Shown here in pieces: positions 38,456 through 47,682 of a stretch of DNA of 64,000 nucleotides (its first letter is position 1; every line of letters begins with the position of its first letter). The stretch spans positions 3,919,293 through 3,983,292 of the forward strand of contig OY762227.1 in NCBI GenBank assembly GCA_963665485.1. Direction: 5' to 3'. Under the pieces are notes generated by a model, which had not been told where the DNA came from, ran no database searches, and was given only the letters and a program-made list of their open reading frames with translations. The translations under genes were made by a program, and so were the position numbers. Source of the DNA: Bacteroidales bacterium. Lineage in GTDB: Bacteria > Bacteroidota > Bacteroidia > Bacteroidales > UBA4417.

Positions 38456-38499
38456 GGATTTGCGAACCTTATTCTATTTTCTATTTTCCCTCACCTGCC

Positions 38500-39195
38500 C
38501 TACTCATTCAGCAAATCCATCAAGAAATGGTTCAGGTTATGAACAGCTAATGGAATATCCCATTTCGACACATCACGATCTTCAATATAATTGGAAACAC
38601 TCCGAACCTGGATAAACCGGGCTTTAAGTACTTTACAGGCATACATAAATGCGGCACCTTCCATAGACTCAACATCAACTTTGGTTCTAGTTAAGAAGGC
38701 AGCTATGCTTTGTTCATTTCCATGAACGGTATTTACAGTTACACCGGTTGAAACCAGCAATCCGTTAATCAAGTTGCTTTCGAAAGATGAGTCATTAATT
38801 AGTTCCCCTCCGGTGAAAGGAAATTCATCCTGGTCGAGGAGTTTTAAGTCGATAATCGAAAGAAAGTGCTCCCCGTCTTCAGCCCCGGTTTCAGGTATGC
38901 TATCTTTGGTAATATTAAGTACCTGACCGATAAGAATATCGCGGTTGAAGCTTCCGCAGATGCCTGCATTAATCACAGCATCGTACGTATTCTGAGCCAA
39001 TACCAGTGTTGCTGCCACGGCCGTGGGAACCATACCAACGCCAGTAATCAGAACATCAACCTGAAAATCTTTATAATTATAGCGGGTAACATGATTCTGC
39101 AAAACTTTTCCATTTCCCAGTGCAGAAACAAAAGGCTTTATTTCGAGCGATGTAGCCGAAATTATAAGAAGTTTATTTAATGAATTTCCTTTCAC
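38500..39195 (-). CDS. mqnB: Futalosine hydrolase (PNP/MTAN superfamily)
   Basis: 231 aa. It has LLIISATSLEIKPF, LITGVGMVPTA and VESMEGAAFMYAC, the nucleosidase-fold motifs. The start is a GTG at 39195. It sits next to mqnD. Confidence 0.72.
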   Translation of the reverse strand: MKGNSLNKLLIISATSLEIKPFVSALGNGKVLQNHVTRYNYKDFQVDVLITGVGMVPTAVAATLVLAQNTYDAVINAGICGSFNRDILIGQVLNITKDSIPETGAEDGEHFLSIIDLKLLDQDEFPFTGGELINDSSFESNLINGLLVSTGVTVNTVHGNEQSIAAFLTRTKVDVESMEGAAFMYACKVLKARFIQVRSVSNYIEDRDVSKWDIPLAVHNLNHFLMDLLNE

Positions 39196-39205
39196 TTTTC
39201 AGTAC

Positions 39206-40294
39206 TTATTTAAAGCCGAACAGTTTTACACATTTTTTGAAAATATCTGTGTTGTCCTGAACGCCTGTAAATGTTTTGGAACCTGGTCCGTAAGCAAACA
39301 CCGGAACCATAGAGGCAGTATGATCTTTAATCAGAAATGCGCCCTGAACGATACCGTCGGTAATGCTTCCGCCAATTATACCAAATCCACCCGTCTCATG
39401 ATCAGCAGTAACAAGAACAAGAGTTTCGCCATCTTTTCTGGCGAATTCCAGCGCTTTACCTACTGCATTGTCGAAATCAACCATTTCGTCAACTATATAG
39501 CCTGCATCATTAGCATGTCCGCCCCAATCAATCTGGGAGCCTTCGACCATGATAAAAAAGCCTTTGTTGTTTTTATCCAGGATATTTAATGCCATTTCGG
39601 TAGCATCAGGAAGCATATTTCCACGACCTTTCGACATCTGAGGCATATGCTCATCGGCCAGTAAAGCTGCCAGGTGGTTCGTTGTCTTCACATTTACATC
39701 TTTCAGGCTACGGGCGATAAAATATCCGCGAGCTTTCAGGCTGTCGATCAGGTTTACACTATCGGCTCTTTTTGCAAAATCTTTGTAACCACCCCCAATA
39801 AACACATCAATATCAGTCTTCAGGAAATCGAGAGCGATATCCGAATATTTTGATCGGTTTGCTGTATGAGCAATAAATGAAGCAGGGGTTGCATGTGTGA
39901 TGGATGATGTAGAAACAAGCCCGGTAGAAAGACCTCTTTTTTCAGCCATCTCAAGAATAGTCTCAAGCGGCTTACCACTTGGATCAACACCTATACTGCC
40001 ATTTTTTGTTTTCACGCCAGTGGACAAGGCCGTACCACCAGCGCCTGAATCAGTGATATAGTCATCGGCTGAATAGGTAACTGAAAATCCACTTACAGGC
40101 ATACCCGTGATATTCATTATCCCTTTTTTAGCTGTATAACCGGCATAAACCTGGGCAGTACCCATCCCATCACCAATAAGCAGGATGATATTCTTTGGTT
40201 GCTTTGTTTTTTTCTTTTTATCACTTGGGGTTCCGGCAAAAAGTACCGGGAAAATCATTACCAGGAGTAAGACGTTGACGACAAATTTCTTCAT
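39206..40294 (-). CDS. Alkaline phosphatase (PhoA family), exported
   Basis: It has a signal peptide and LIGDGMG. The active-site Ser lies in TDSGAGGTALSTG. The metal ligands are in ..VEGSQIDWGGHAND.. and VTADHETGG. Confidence 0.85.
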   Translation of the reverse strand: MKKFVVNVLLLVMIFPVLFAGTPSDKKKKTKQPKNIILLIGDGMGTAQVYAGYTAKKGIMNITGMPVSGFSVTYSADDYITDSGAGGTALSTGVKTKNGSIGVDPSGKPLETILEMAEKRGLSTGLVSTSSITHATPASFIAHTANRSKYSDIALDFLKTDIDVFIGGGYKDFAKRADSVNLIDSLKARGYFIARSLKDVNVKTTNHLAALLADEHMPQMSKGRGNMLPDATEMALNILDKNNKGFFIMVEGSQIDWGGHANDAGYIVDEMVDFDNAVGKALEFARKDGETLVLVTADHETGGFGIIGGSITDGIVQGAFLIKDHTASMVPVFAYGPGSKTFTGVQDNTDIFKKCVKLFGFK

Positions 40295-40420
40295 TATTCA
40301 GTTTTATTTAGGTTACAAAAATACGAAACGGATTCTAACTTCAAAGCGCAAAAATAAACCGGATGAAGTCATGAAACGCCATCCGGTTCGAAACTTAATA
40401 ATTAGTTGATACAGGCAGTA

Positions 40421-41815
40421 TTATTTCTGGATATTCGGTAACTGAAGCCCGTATCCTTTTTTCTTATCTTCAACTTTAAGCAGATAAGCGAATAAAAGGG
40501 CGAGCAAACCAAATGCTGTGAATATCAACATCGGGACTGTATAATTATATGTATTTACAGAAACGCCTTCACGCATTATCTGACCGGTAACACAATATTT
40601 ATCAAGTACCCAACCTATTAATGCAGGAACACCCATCAATCCCCAGTTCTGAACCCAGAAAATCAAAGCATAAGCAGTTCCTAATTGTTTTTCAGGAATA
40701 ATTTTGGGAACAGAAGGCCACATGGCAGAAGGAACAAGTGAGAATCCAACACCGAGAGCAAGTATCAGAAGGATAGCAACCGGCCACTGATTCAGGAAAG
40801 GAACCGCGAATAGTGCATGAACTAATATGAGTATGCCGGCACCAATCATCATGATTGTAGCTCCTTTTCCTTTTCTGTCGTAAAGGCTGCCAAATAATGG
40901 GGTAAGTAAAATAGTACCGAAAGGTAACATCGAAGGAATTGCACCCGCAAGATCATCACTTATTCCGAATTTATTAACCATGAGATCGGCAGCATATTTA
41001 AGGAACGGGAAAACCGCCGAATAAAACAGAACACACAGAATTGCAATATACCACCAACCTTTGTTGGTTATGATTAGTAGAATATCGGAAAGTTTGAAGG
41101 CTTCTTCTTCCTCAACAGGTTTATTAGCATCTACCTCTGAAGCATCAAGTTTCTTATCCATAAAGATGTACATTATGAATGAAAGAAGGCCAATGCACAG
41201 TAAAATTAAACCAAGCAGAATCGGGCGTGAAACATCAACCATACCCGTTGCTTTTGCGATAGGAACTGATGTAGCTAACGCAAGAGCTGTTCCTAACCTG
41301 GCAGTAGCCATTTCGAGGCCCATTGCCAAGGCAAGTTCTTTGCCTTTAAACCATTTGTAAATAATTTTCGAAACTGTAATACCGGCAACTTCAACACCTA
41401 CGGCAAAAATGGCGAAACCAAGTCCGGCCACCATTACCTGGGCTTTAACATCAAACCAAAGCGGATGCCACATTACTCCATCGAGAGTATGCGTTTGAAC
41501 AGCCCAATATTTAATTGCCGTACCACAAACCATGACAATTGCAGCCATAAGTCCGGTAAAACGAACGCCCATTTTATCGAGGATGATACCACCAACGATC
41601 AGCATTCCAAGGAAAACATTGAACCAGCCGTAACCGCTGTTGAAAAATCCAAAGTCTGAGCTATCCCAGCCTAAGTGCCCTTCAAGAAGTCCTTTTAAAG
41701 GGGCGATAACATCTGTAAGATAATAGCCAGTAAGCATTGTAAATGCTACAACAGCCAAAGCCGACCACCTGGCGGCTTTTGAATCTCGCAGAGTTTTTCT
41801 AATAGTGTCTGTCAT
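40421..41815 (-). CDS. MFS transporter
   Basis: 464 aa with about 12 TM segments and a central charged loop (KLDASEVDANKPVEEEEAF). The substrate is unknown. Confidence 0.78.
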   Translation of the reverse strand: MTDTIRKTLRDSKAARWSALAVVAFTMLTGYYLTDVIAPLKGLLEGHLGWDSSDFGFFNSGYGWFNVFLGMLIVGGIILDKMGVRFTGLMAAIVMVCGTAIKYWAVQTHTLDGVMWHPLWFDVKAQVMVAGLGFAIFAVGVEVAGITVSKIIYKWFKGKELALAMGLEMATARLGTALALATSVPIAKATGMVDVSRPILLGLILLCIGLLSFIMYIFMDKKLDASEVDANKPVEEEEAFKLSDILLIITNKGWWYIAILCVLFYSAVFPFLKYAADLMVNKFGISDDLAGAIPSMLPFGTILLTPLFGSLYDRKGKGATIMMIGAGILILVHALFAVPFLNQWPVAILLILALGVGFSLVPSAMWPSVPKIIPEKQLGTAYALIFWVQNWGLMGVPALIGWVLDKYCVTGQIMREGVSVNTYNYTVPMLIFTAFGLLALLFAYLLKVEDKKKGYGLQLPNIQK

Positions 41816-41856
41816 GTTTAAGATTTATTTATAGGATTTGTTGATTAGTAGAATTA

Positions 41857-42723
41857 CTATTTAAAACATTGCAAAAATCGACTTTTTCCGTGAAAATCAA
41901 AAATTATATTTACCTTGTTAAAACCTTGATTCAGAGCCATATCTCTTATTTCCTCCGCAAACATTTCATTTATTTCGAACCAAAGACTGCCTTCTTCATA
42001 AAGTTTCAATTTTGCCAGTGCAATAATCTCCCGATAAAACAGAAGCGGATCATCATCCGGAACAAATAAAGCAATATGTGGCTCATGGTCAAGTACATTC
42101 CGTTGCATCAGTTCTTTTTCGGCATAGGTAACGTATGGCGGATTACTCACAATAATATCGAACTGTGGTAGGGTCTCCCATTGAGCATGATCGAGAATAT
42201 CGGCATGGATAAAATTAATATCGGCTTCGTTTTTTGCTGCATTTGCAGTTGCTACACTAAGTGCTTCTTTTGAAACATCGATCGAATAAACTTTTGATTC
42301 AGGAATATAACGCTTTAAGGCAATAGGGATACATCCGCTACCGGTTCCGATATCGAGGATGGTTAATTTATTTTCTGCCTTCCAACCGGAATATTTTTTC
42401 AAAATCAGGCTTACCATTTCTTCCGTTTCCGGCCGTGGTATCAAAACGGATGAATTAACGACAAACTGCATATCCATGAAATAAGCTTCACCAATTACGT
42501 ATTGCAGAGGAACGTTATGCAACAATTTGTTCACTGCTTCATCCATCAAAGAAATCATATCTGGTCGGACTAAGGCATTTGCTGAGATTACCCGTTTTGC
42601 CGGCGAAAGGTTTAAATAATGGTCAAACAACCTGTCAGCCATAGCACGGGCTTCTTCATGCGGATACAATGCTTTCAATTTAAGCATTATACTTTTATAA
42701 TACTCACTCACCGAATAAGTCAT
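41857..42723 (-). CDS. prmC: Peptide chain release factor N5-glutamine methyltransferase
   Basis: It has VNSSVLIPRPETEEMV, ILDIGTGSGCIPIAL and the catalytic IIVSNPPYV. I chose the ATG at 42723 because the track start at 42756 is a TTG. Confidence 0.85.
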   Translation of the reverse strand: MTYSVSEYYKSIMLKLKALYPHEEARAMADRLFDHYLNLSPAKRVISANALVRPDMISLMDEAVNKLLHNVPLQYVIGEAYFMDMQFVVNSSVLIPRPETEEMVSLILKKYSGWKAENKLTILDIGTGSGCIPIALKRYIPESKVYSIDVSKEALSVATANAAKNEADINFIHADILDHAQWETLPQFDIIVSNPPYVTYAEKELMQRNVLDHEPHIALFVPDDDPLLFYREIIALAKLKLYEEGSLWFEINEMFAEEIRDMALNQGFNKVNIIFDFHGKSRFLQCFK

Positions 42724-42826
42724 GCTCTTTAACTTGTTATACAATGTTGACGACAAAGATATTCCTATTTAAAAATATCCAGCCTTAAATTGCGGGCTAA
42801 AGGGTTCAATTTATCTACAAATTCAC

Positions 42827-42834
42827 TATTTTTG
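42827..42834 (+). promoter_or_regulatory. TAnnTTTG -7-type promoter motif upstream of the OmpA-family gene
   Basis: tatttttg lies 28 nt upstream of the ATG at 42863. Confidence 0.35.
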
Positions 42835-42862
42835 ATAAAATTTAGTTTTAAGAACTCAAAAT

Positions 42863-45286
42863 ATGAAAAAGCTGCTCTACATTCCTTTATTCTTATTGTG
42901 GTTTATACCTAAAGCAAATGCTCAAAGTTTCCTGCCATTTGCCTCGAGTAATTATGCGGGAATTACAGGAGTACATGCACAACCTGCTTCAATTGCCGAC
43001 AGTCGCTATAAGTTTGACCTGGCACTATTTTCAACAGATTTCAGCTTTCACAATACCTTTTATGGAATAGATCCATATGTACTTTCTCATCCAAAAGCAA
43101 TGAAGGACTTCGATTTTAAAGGTCCATATATTACACGTAATATGGATGGAGCCGATAAAACCGGAATAATCAGTATGCGACAGGATATTTTCTCATTTAT
43201 GATCACGCTTTCGAAAAAAGATGCGATAGCTTTTACTCCTTCAATCCGATCAATTGTCAATATCGATAATATGACCGAATCCCTGGCTCTGCTTGCTGAC
43301 GGGCTTAATAAGGAAACCAATTTATGGGGATTAACTTTGAAAAATGAAAATTTAAGTATACAGGCTAATGCATGGGTTGAATATGGCTTCACTTATGCAC
43401 GTACACTTATGGATAATAAGAAACACTTCCTGAAAGCCGGTACGACAATCAAAATTAACCAGGGTTTAGGATCGGCATATTTATTCATGAAAAATCTCAA
43501 TTATGAGGTTAATGATAGTTTGATATCAGTATATAACAGCTTTACAAATTACGGAATTTCCAATAATATCAATAAAGATTTCACGTATCGTCTTGAACCA
43601 AATCCTTCATTATCATTCGATTTTGGTTTTGTTTATGAATACCGTCCGGACTGGATCAAGTACAAATATGATATGGATGGGAAGATTAACCTGTGGCGCA
43701 GAGACCAGGATAAATATCTTTTCAGGATCGGATTTACTGCATCTGACCTAGGGAGTATTCGCTATAGCAGGAATCCTGACAGCAGAGACTTTGCTGCCGA
43801 TATTAAAAATCTGGATCCAGGCGACCTGATAATTGAGAACTTTGATGATTTCAATAAATTTATTGCTGATTCATTTAACCTTTCCAGTCCGTCCGATAAA
43901 TATAACCTCTCACTTCCTGTAAGCCTTAGCATGCAAGCCGATGTAAGAGTTGCGAATGGATTTTATGTCAATTTTACACCGTATATAGCACTCAACCGAG
44001 GGAACGTTAAAATTAATAAAGTACATTACATTTCATCGTACAGCCTGGTTCCACGATATGATAAAAAATGGTTCGGAGTCTCAGTTCCTTTTCAGTATAA
44101 TGCATTCAAGCAGTGGAATGTAGGATTAGGACTGAGGGTTGGACCTTTATGGTTCGGGTCGAATGACATTATCTCAATACTTGCATCATCCAAAAGCAGG
44201 TATGGAACTTCCTTTTCAATGGTGCTAAAAGTTCCGTTTTTCTATCATCGCCCGCACGATCGCGATAACGATAATGTATCTGATAAAAAAGATCATTGTC
44301 CTGAAATCGCCGGTTTCCTGCAACTCGATGGTTGTCCCGATGCCGATCTTGATGGAATCACAGATAGTAAAGATAAATGCCCTGATGTAGCTGGTTTAAA
44401 AGAATTTGACGGTTGCCCGGATACTGACGGAGACGGTATTGTTGACCAAAATGACCAGTGTCCCAATTTAAAGGGCATTCCAGCATTTAATGGCTGCCCC
44501 GATAGTGATGGCGATAGCATCATCGACCAGAATGATGAGTGCCCGATGAATGCCGGTTCAATTAAAATGCATGGTTGTCCTGATCAGGATGATGACGGTA
44601 TAGCTGATAAAGATGATAATTGTCCAACAGTAGCCGGTACACGCGAAAACAAAGGTTGTCCTTATATAGATAGCGACGGAGACGGAATTATTGATGAAGC
44701 AGACAATTGTCCCGGCACAAAAGGTCCTATCGAAAATCACGGATGCCCTTACCTGGATAGTGATAACGATAGCATTCCTGATAAAGACGATGATTGCCCG
44801 AGTATTCCGGGCCTTGTAGTATTCAGAGGTTGTCCGGATACTGATGGTGATGGAATTTCTGATAAATACGATCTTTGCCCGACCATACCGGGAATAGCCC
44901 AAAACAATGGTTGCCCGGAAATAAAAAAAGAAGAGCAGGAAATCATAAAAAAAGCTTTTGACAATCTCGAATTTGAAAGTGGTAAATCCATAATAAAAAA
45001 GACATCTTTGGAATCGCTCGACGGACTTGCAGATGTGATGAAAAAACGAAGTGAATTTAAACTTTCACTTTCCGGGCATACCGATAATGTAGGCAAACCA
45101 GCATCAAATCTCACTTTGTCAAAAAACCGCACAATGGCAGTACGGGATTATCTTGTAAAAAAAGGAATTGAACCTGAGCGTATTAAAACGGAATGGTTTG
45201 GCCAGACCCAACCGGTTGCCGAAAATACAACACCTGAAGGTCGGCAGAAAAACAGGAGAGTTGAGATGAAGATTGTTTTTGAGTAG
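42863..45286 (+). CDS. OmpA-family outer-membrane protein with an N-terminal beta-barrel-like region, eight thrombospondin type-3 (Ca-binding) repeats and a C-terminal OmpA peptidoglycan-binding domain
   Basis: 807 aa with signal peptide MKKLLYIPLFLLWFIPKANAQ. It has 8 repeats of D.D.DG(I/V).D..D.CP......GCP. The C-terminus is FEFESGKS...LSGHTDNVG....NLTLSKNRTMAVRDYL...G......WFG...P......EGRQKNRRVE. Confidence 0.85.
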   Translation: MKKLLYIPLFLLWFIPKANAQSFLPFASSNYAGITGVHAQPASIADSRYKFDLALFSTDFSFHNTFYGIDPYVLSHPKAMKDFDFKGPYITRNMDGADKTGIISMRQDIFSFMITLSKKDAIAFTPSIRSIVNIDNMTESLALLADGLNKETNLWGLTLKNENLSIQANAWVEYGFTYARTLMDNKKHFLKAGTTIKINQGLGSAYLFMKNLNYEVNDSLISVYNSFTNYGISNNINKDFTYRLEPNPSLSFDFGFVYEYRPDWIKYKYDMDGKINLWRRDQDKYLFRIGFTASDLGSIRYSRNPDSRDFAADIKNLDPGDLIIENFDDFNKFIADSFNLSSPSDKYNLSLPVSLSMQADVRVANGFYVNFTPYIALNRGNVKINKVHYISSYSLVPRYDKKWFGVSVPFQYNAFKQWNVGLGLRVGPLWFGSNDIISILASSKSRYGTSFSMVLKVPFFYHRPHDRDNDNVSDKKDHCPEIAGFLQLDGCPDADLDGITDSKDKCPDVAGLKEFDGCPDTDGDGIVDQNDQCPNLKGIPAFNGCPDSDGDSIIDQNDECPMNAGSIKMHGCPDQDDDGIADKDDNCPTVAGTRENKGCPYIDSDGDGIIDEADNCPGTKGPIENHGCPYLDSDNDSIPDKDDDCPSIPGLVVFRGCPDTDGDGISDKYDLCPTIPGIAQNNGCPEIKKEEQEIIKKAFDNLEFESGKSIIKKTSLESLDGLADVMKKRSEFKLSLSGHTDNVGKPASNLTLSKNRTMAVRDYLVKKGIEPERIKTEWFGQTQPVAENTTPEGRQKNRRVEMKIVFE
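44258..44917 (+). repeat. Eight tandem 27-codon thrombospondin type-3-like coding repeats
   Basis: The units begin DRDNDNVSDKKDHCP, DADLDGITDSKDKCP, DTDGDGIVDQNDQCP, DSDGDSIIDQNDECP, DQDDDGIADKDDNCP, DSDGDGIIDEADNCP, DSDNDSIPDKDDDCP and DTDGDGISDKYDLCP. Confidence 0.85.
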
Positions 45287-45433
45287 CTGGAAGTCAGAAG
45301 CTGGAAGACGGAGAATAAGAAATAAGAAAGCAGGAAAACCTGTCAGGTTTAGCGAAATTTTGCATTAAATACAGGCATCCGACTTCGGTATTCCGGCAAA
45401 TTATAATCTATCACAAAACAAACAACAAGCCAT

Positions 45434-45886
45434 ATGAAAACAAGCGAATCAATTAAGATGTTTCTGCAACAACCTCAGATTGCAGTAGTTGGAGTATCGC
45501 GAAATAAAAACAAATTTGGAAATGCCGTTTATCAAACCTTGAAAAAGAAGGGACTTAAAGTTCTCCCTATTAATCCTCATTTAACTCATTTCGAAGGCGA
45601 TAGATGCTTCAGTAGCATTGAAACTCTACCACCCGATGTAAAGGCATTATTTGTTAATACTCCGCCTGAGTCAACCATTAAAATTGTGGATAGTGCTTAT
45701 AAAAAGGGTATTCAGCACCTGTGGCTGCAACAAGGCTCCAGCAATGACGAGGTGATTAAGTATCTTGAAGGCAAAGATATTAATTATGTATCCGATCGTT
45801 GTATTATGATGTTTGCCGAACCGGTTGGATCGTTCCATGGAATTCACAAGTTCTTTTCAAAAATCACAGGCAATTATCCGAAATAG
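45434..45886 (+). CDS. CoA-binding domain protein (YccU/YneT-like)
   Basis: 150 aa. IAVVGVSRNKNKFGNAVYQTLKKKGLKVLPINP matches the CoA_binding_2 pattern. Confidence 0.7.
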   Translation: MKTSESIKMFLQQPQIAVVGVSRNKNKFGNAVYQTLKKKGLKVLPINPHLTHFEGDRCFSSIETLPPDVKALFVNTPPESTIKIVDSAYKKGIQHLWLQQGSSNDEVIKYLEGKDINYVSDRCIMMFAEPVGSFHGIHKFFSKITGNYPK

Positions 45887-45906
45887 AAAACTTGCAAAGA
45901 CTAAGT

Positions 45907-46389
45907 ATGGAACAATCTGCCAATCAAACTGAAGTTAGCTGCCTTTTCTGCCGGAAAGAGATTATTGAAAAGTCCTTTTATAACACTGAACGATTCAGCG
46001 CCATTTATAATATTGCCCCAATATTACCGGGACATTCGCTCATTATTCCAAATAAACATTACACATCGCTGTTCGAATTACCGGAAGATGAACTTTGTGA
46101 AATGATGCTGTTCGCCCGAAAAATCACTACGGTTTTAAAAACTATTTTCAACTGTGATGGCTTCGATTGGACGATACAGGATGGAATTTCGGCAGGGCAA
46201 ACCGTACCACATCTGCATCTGCATATTATTCCACGTAAACCTCTCGATTTGCCTGAGGCTAATGAATGGTACAGCAAAATCCGGGAAAATGAAGTACAAA
46301 TGCTTGATAGTGCTAACCGTGAACGGCTCAGTGATGTTGAATATGATTCAATTACCCAACTTTTGAAGAAAGCACTATCAGCTGTATAA
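45907..46389 (+). CDS. HIT (histidine triad) family hydrolase
   Basis: It has the zinc-ribbon-like CLFCRKEI, PILPGHSLIIPNKH and the triad HLHLHIIPR. I chose the ATG at 45907 because the track start at 45799 overlaps the previous gene. Confidence 0.85.
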   Translation: MEQSANQTEVSCLFCRKEIIEKSFYNTERFSAIYNIAPILPGHSLIIPNKHYTSLFELPEDELCEMMLFARKITTVLKTIFNCDGFDWTIQDGISAGQTVPHLHLHIIPRKPLDLPEANEWYSKIRENEVQMLDSANRERLSDVEYDSITQLLKKALSAV

Positions 46390-46528
46390 ACATTTTATCA
46401 GAATCTAATTGAGCTATAAAGATTAACCTTTACTAAATAATTCAGAATTTCATTCTTTCTGTATTGGCATGGTAATAGAATGGATTAATTTTCAGTTTGG
46501 CAAGATTTTACACAGTAACTTTTATCCA

Positions 46529-47545
46529 TCAGTTCGGTAATTTTATTAAATCATAATCGTGGGTAGGAAGTTTATAAAACCATTTATTGTCCTGATCGAA
46601 ATGTCCATCCCTTTTAGTTGCATTACCCGATTGTAATATTAGTTGTGTTTCGCGAATATATTGATTGTATTGAATGGTGAATTGATAAGTAGCCTTTTCC
46701 AACGCTGCATTTTGGGTCGACAACAACTTCCCCCACGCATCCTTGCCATCTTTGCGGCTCCACGTTTCGAATACTGCTTTTTGCGGAGTAAGTGTGATGC
46801 TGTTACCATTTACCTGATAAGTACCGCTTTCTTTAGTTAAATAGATATCCGAAAAAAATGAAAATGTTTTAATGATATCTCTGTAAGTGCCATTCTGATC
46901 GAAAATGTACTGCCTTTGAATATATCCAGAAGCCCCATTATTAGCATGATAAGCATCCTGGTCACTTGCAACCTTTGTCCAGGTACCAATTATTGAGCTA
47001 TTCGTATTAGCTGTTTCCTGTTGCTGAATTTCCGTATGTACGGCAAGTTTCTTATCAGGATTTGATAATGACACGGAGGTTAAAAGGCTTTGAATCTGCG
47101 GCATATAATCCTGACTGTTGTTAATGGCTATTATGCTTACAACCCTGCCGTAGCCACTCATAACCGAAAGTATCACCTGGGCATCACTATTATTAAAGGA
47201 AAATGTTCCGGAACCAACTTTAATTTTCCAACCTTCGGCTTCCTGTATGTCACCTGACTTTGGCGCTTCTTTGATTTGATAGGGAGTTGCTGCCAGAATC
47301 TGCCATTCACTTTCAAAATCCTCATCAATACTGCCTTTGCTGGCGGTGCTGCGGTAAATTCCGATCTGGCACCATGTTTTCTTACTATTATCGGTTTTTG
47401 TATAACTGATTAGGTTATCTTTAACTTCTTTCTTCCATCCGTCTCTTTTTGGAGGGGGAGTGTAAGTGGTGAGATCAAAGGTTTCGGTTTGGGCTGTTGC
47501 TATCGAAGTAATTACGATAAGGATTAGTGTAAATAAAGTTCTCAT
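46529..47545 (-). CDS. Exported hypothetical protein (338 aa)
   Basis: The ATG at 47545 gives signal peptide MRTLFTLILIVITSIATAQ. I recognise no family. The C-terminal half (IIGTWTKV..YIFDQNGTY..GTYQVNGNSITL) is lipocalin-like in flavour only. Confidence 0.55.
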   Translation of the reverse strand: MRTLFTLILIVITSIATAQTETFDLTTYTPPPKRDGWKKEVKDNLISYTKTDNSKKTWCQIGIYRSTASKGSIDEDFESEWQILAATPYQIKEAPKSGDIQEAEGWKIKVGSGTFSFNNSDAQVILSVMSGYGRVVSIIAINNSQDYMPQIQSLLTSVSLSNPDKKLAVHTEIQQQETANTNSSIIGTWTKVASDQDAYHANNGASGYIQRQYIFDQNGTYRDIIKTFSFFSDIYLTKESGTYQVNGNSITLTPQKAVFETWSRKDGKDAWGKLLSTQNAALEKATYQFTIQYNQYIRETQLILQSGNATKRDGHFDQDNKWFYKLPTHDYDLIKLPN

Positions 47546-47682
47546 TTGGCTATCAATATTTTGTGATTTTAATAGTAATGATAAATTATGCCTCTGTTTC
47601 CTCATCGCTTCGTCCATAAGAAAAAGAAAGAGCATTTGGTGGGTTTGAAATGATGATTGTGCGTTTCTTCATAACCAGGAAT

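Noticed and set aside
44293-45132. Three minus-strand ORFs (76, 114 and 127 aa) inside the OmpA-family gene
   Set aside because: They are antisense to the GAT/GAC-rich thrombospondin-3 repeats. Their Ser/Gly/Pro-rich translations are repeat artefacts.
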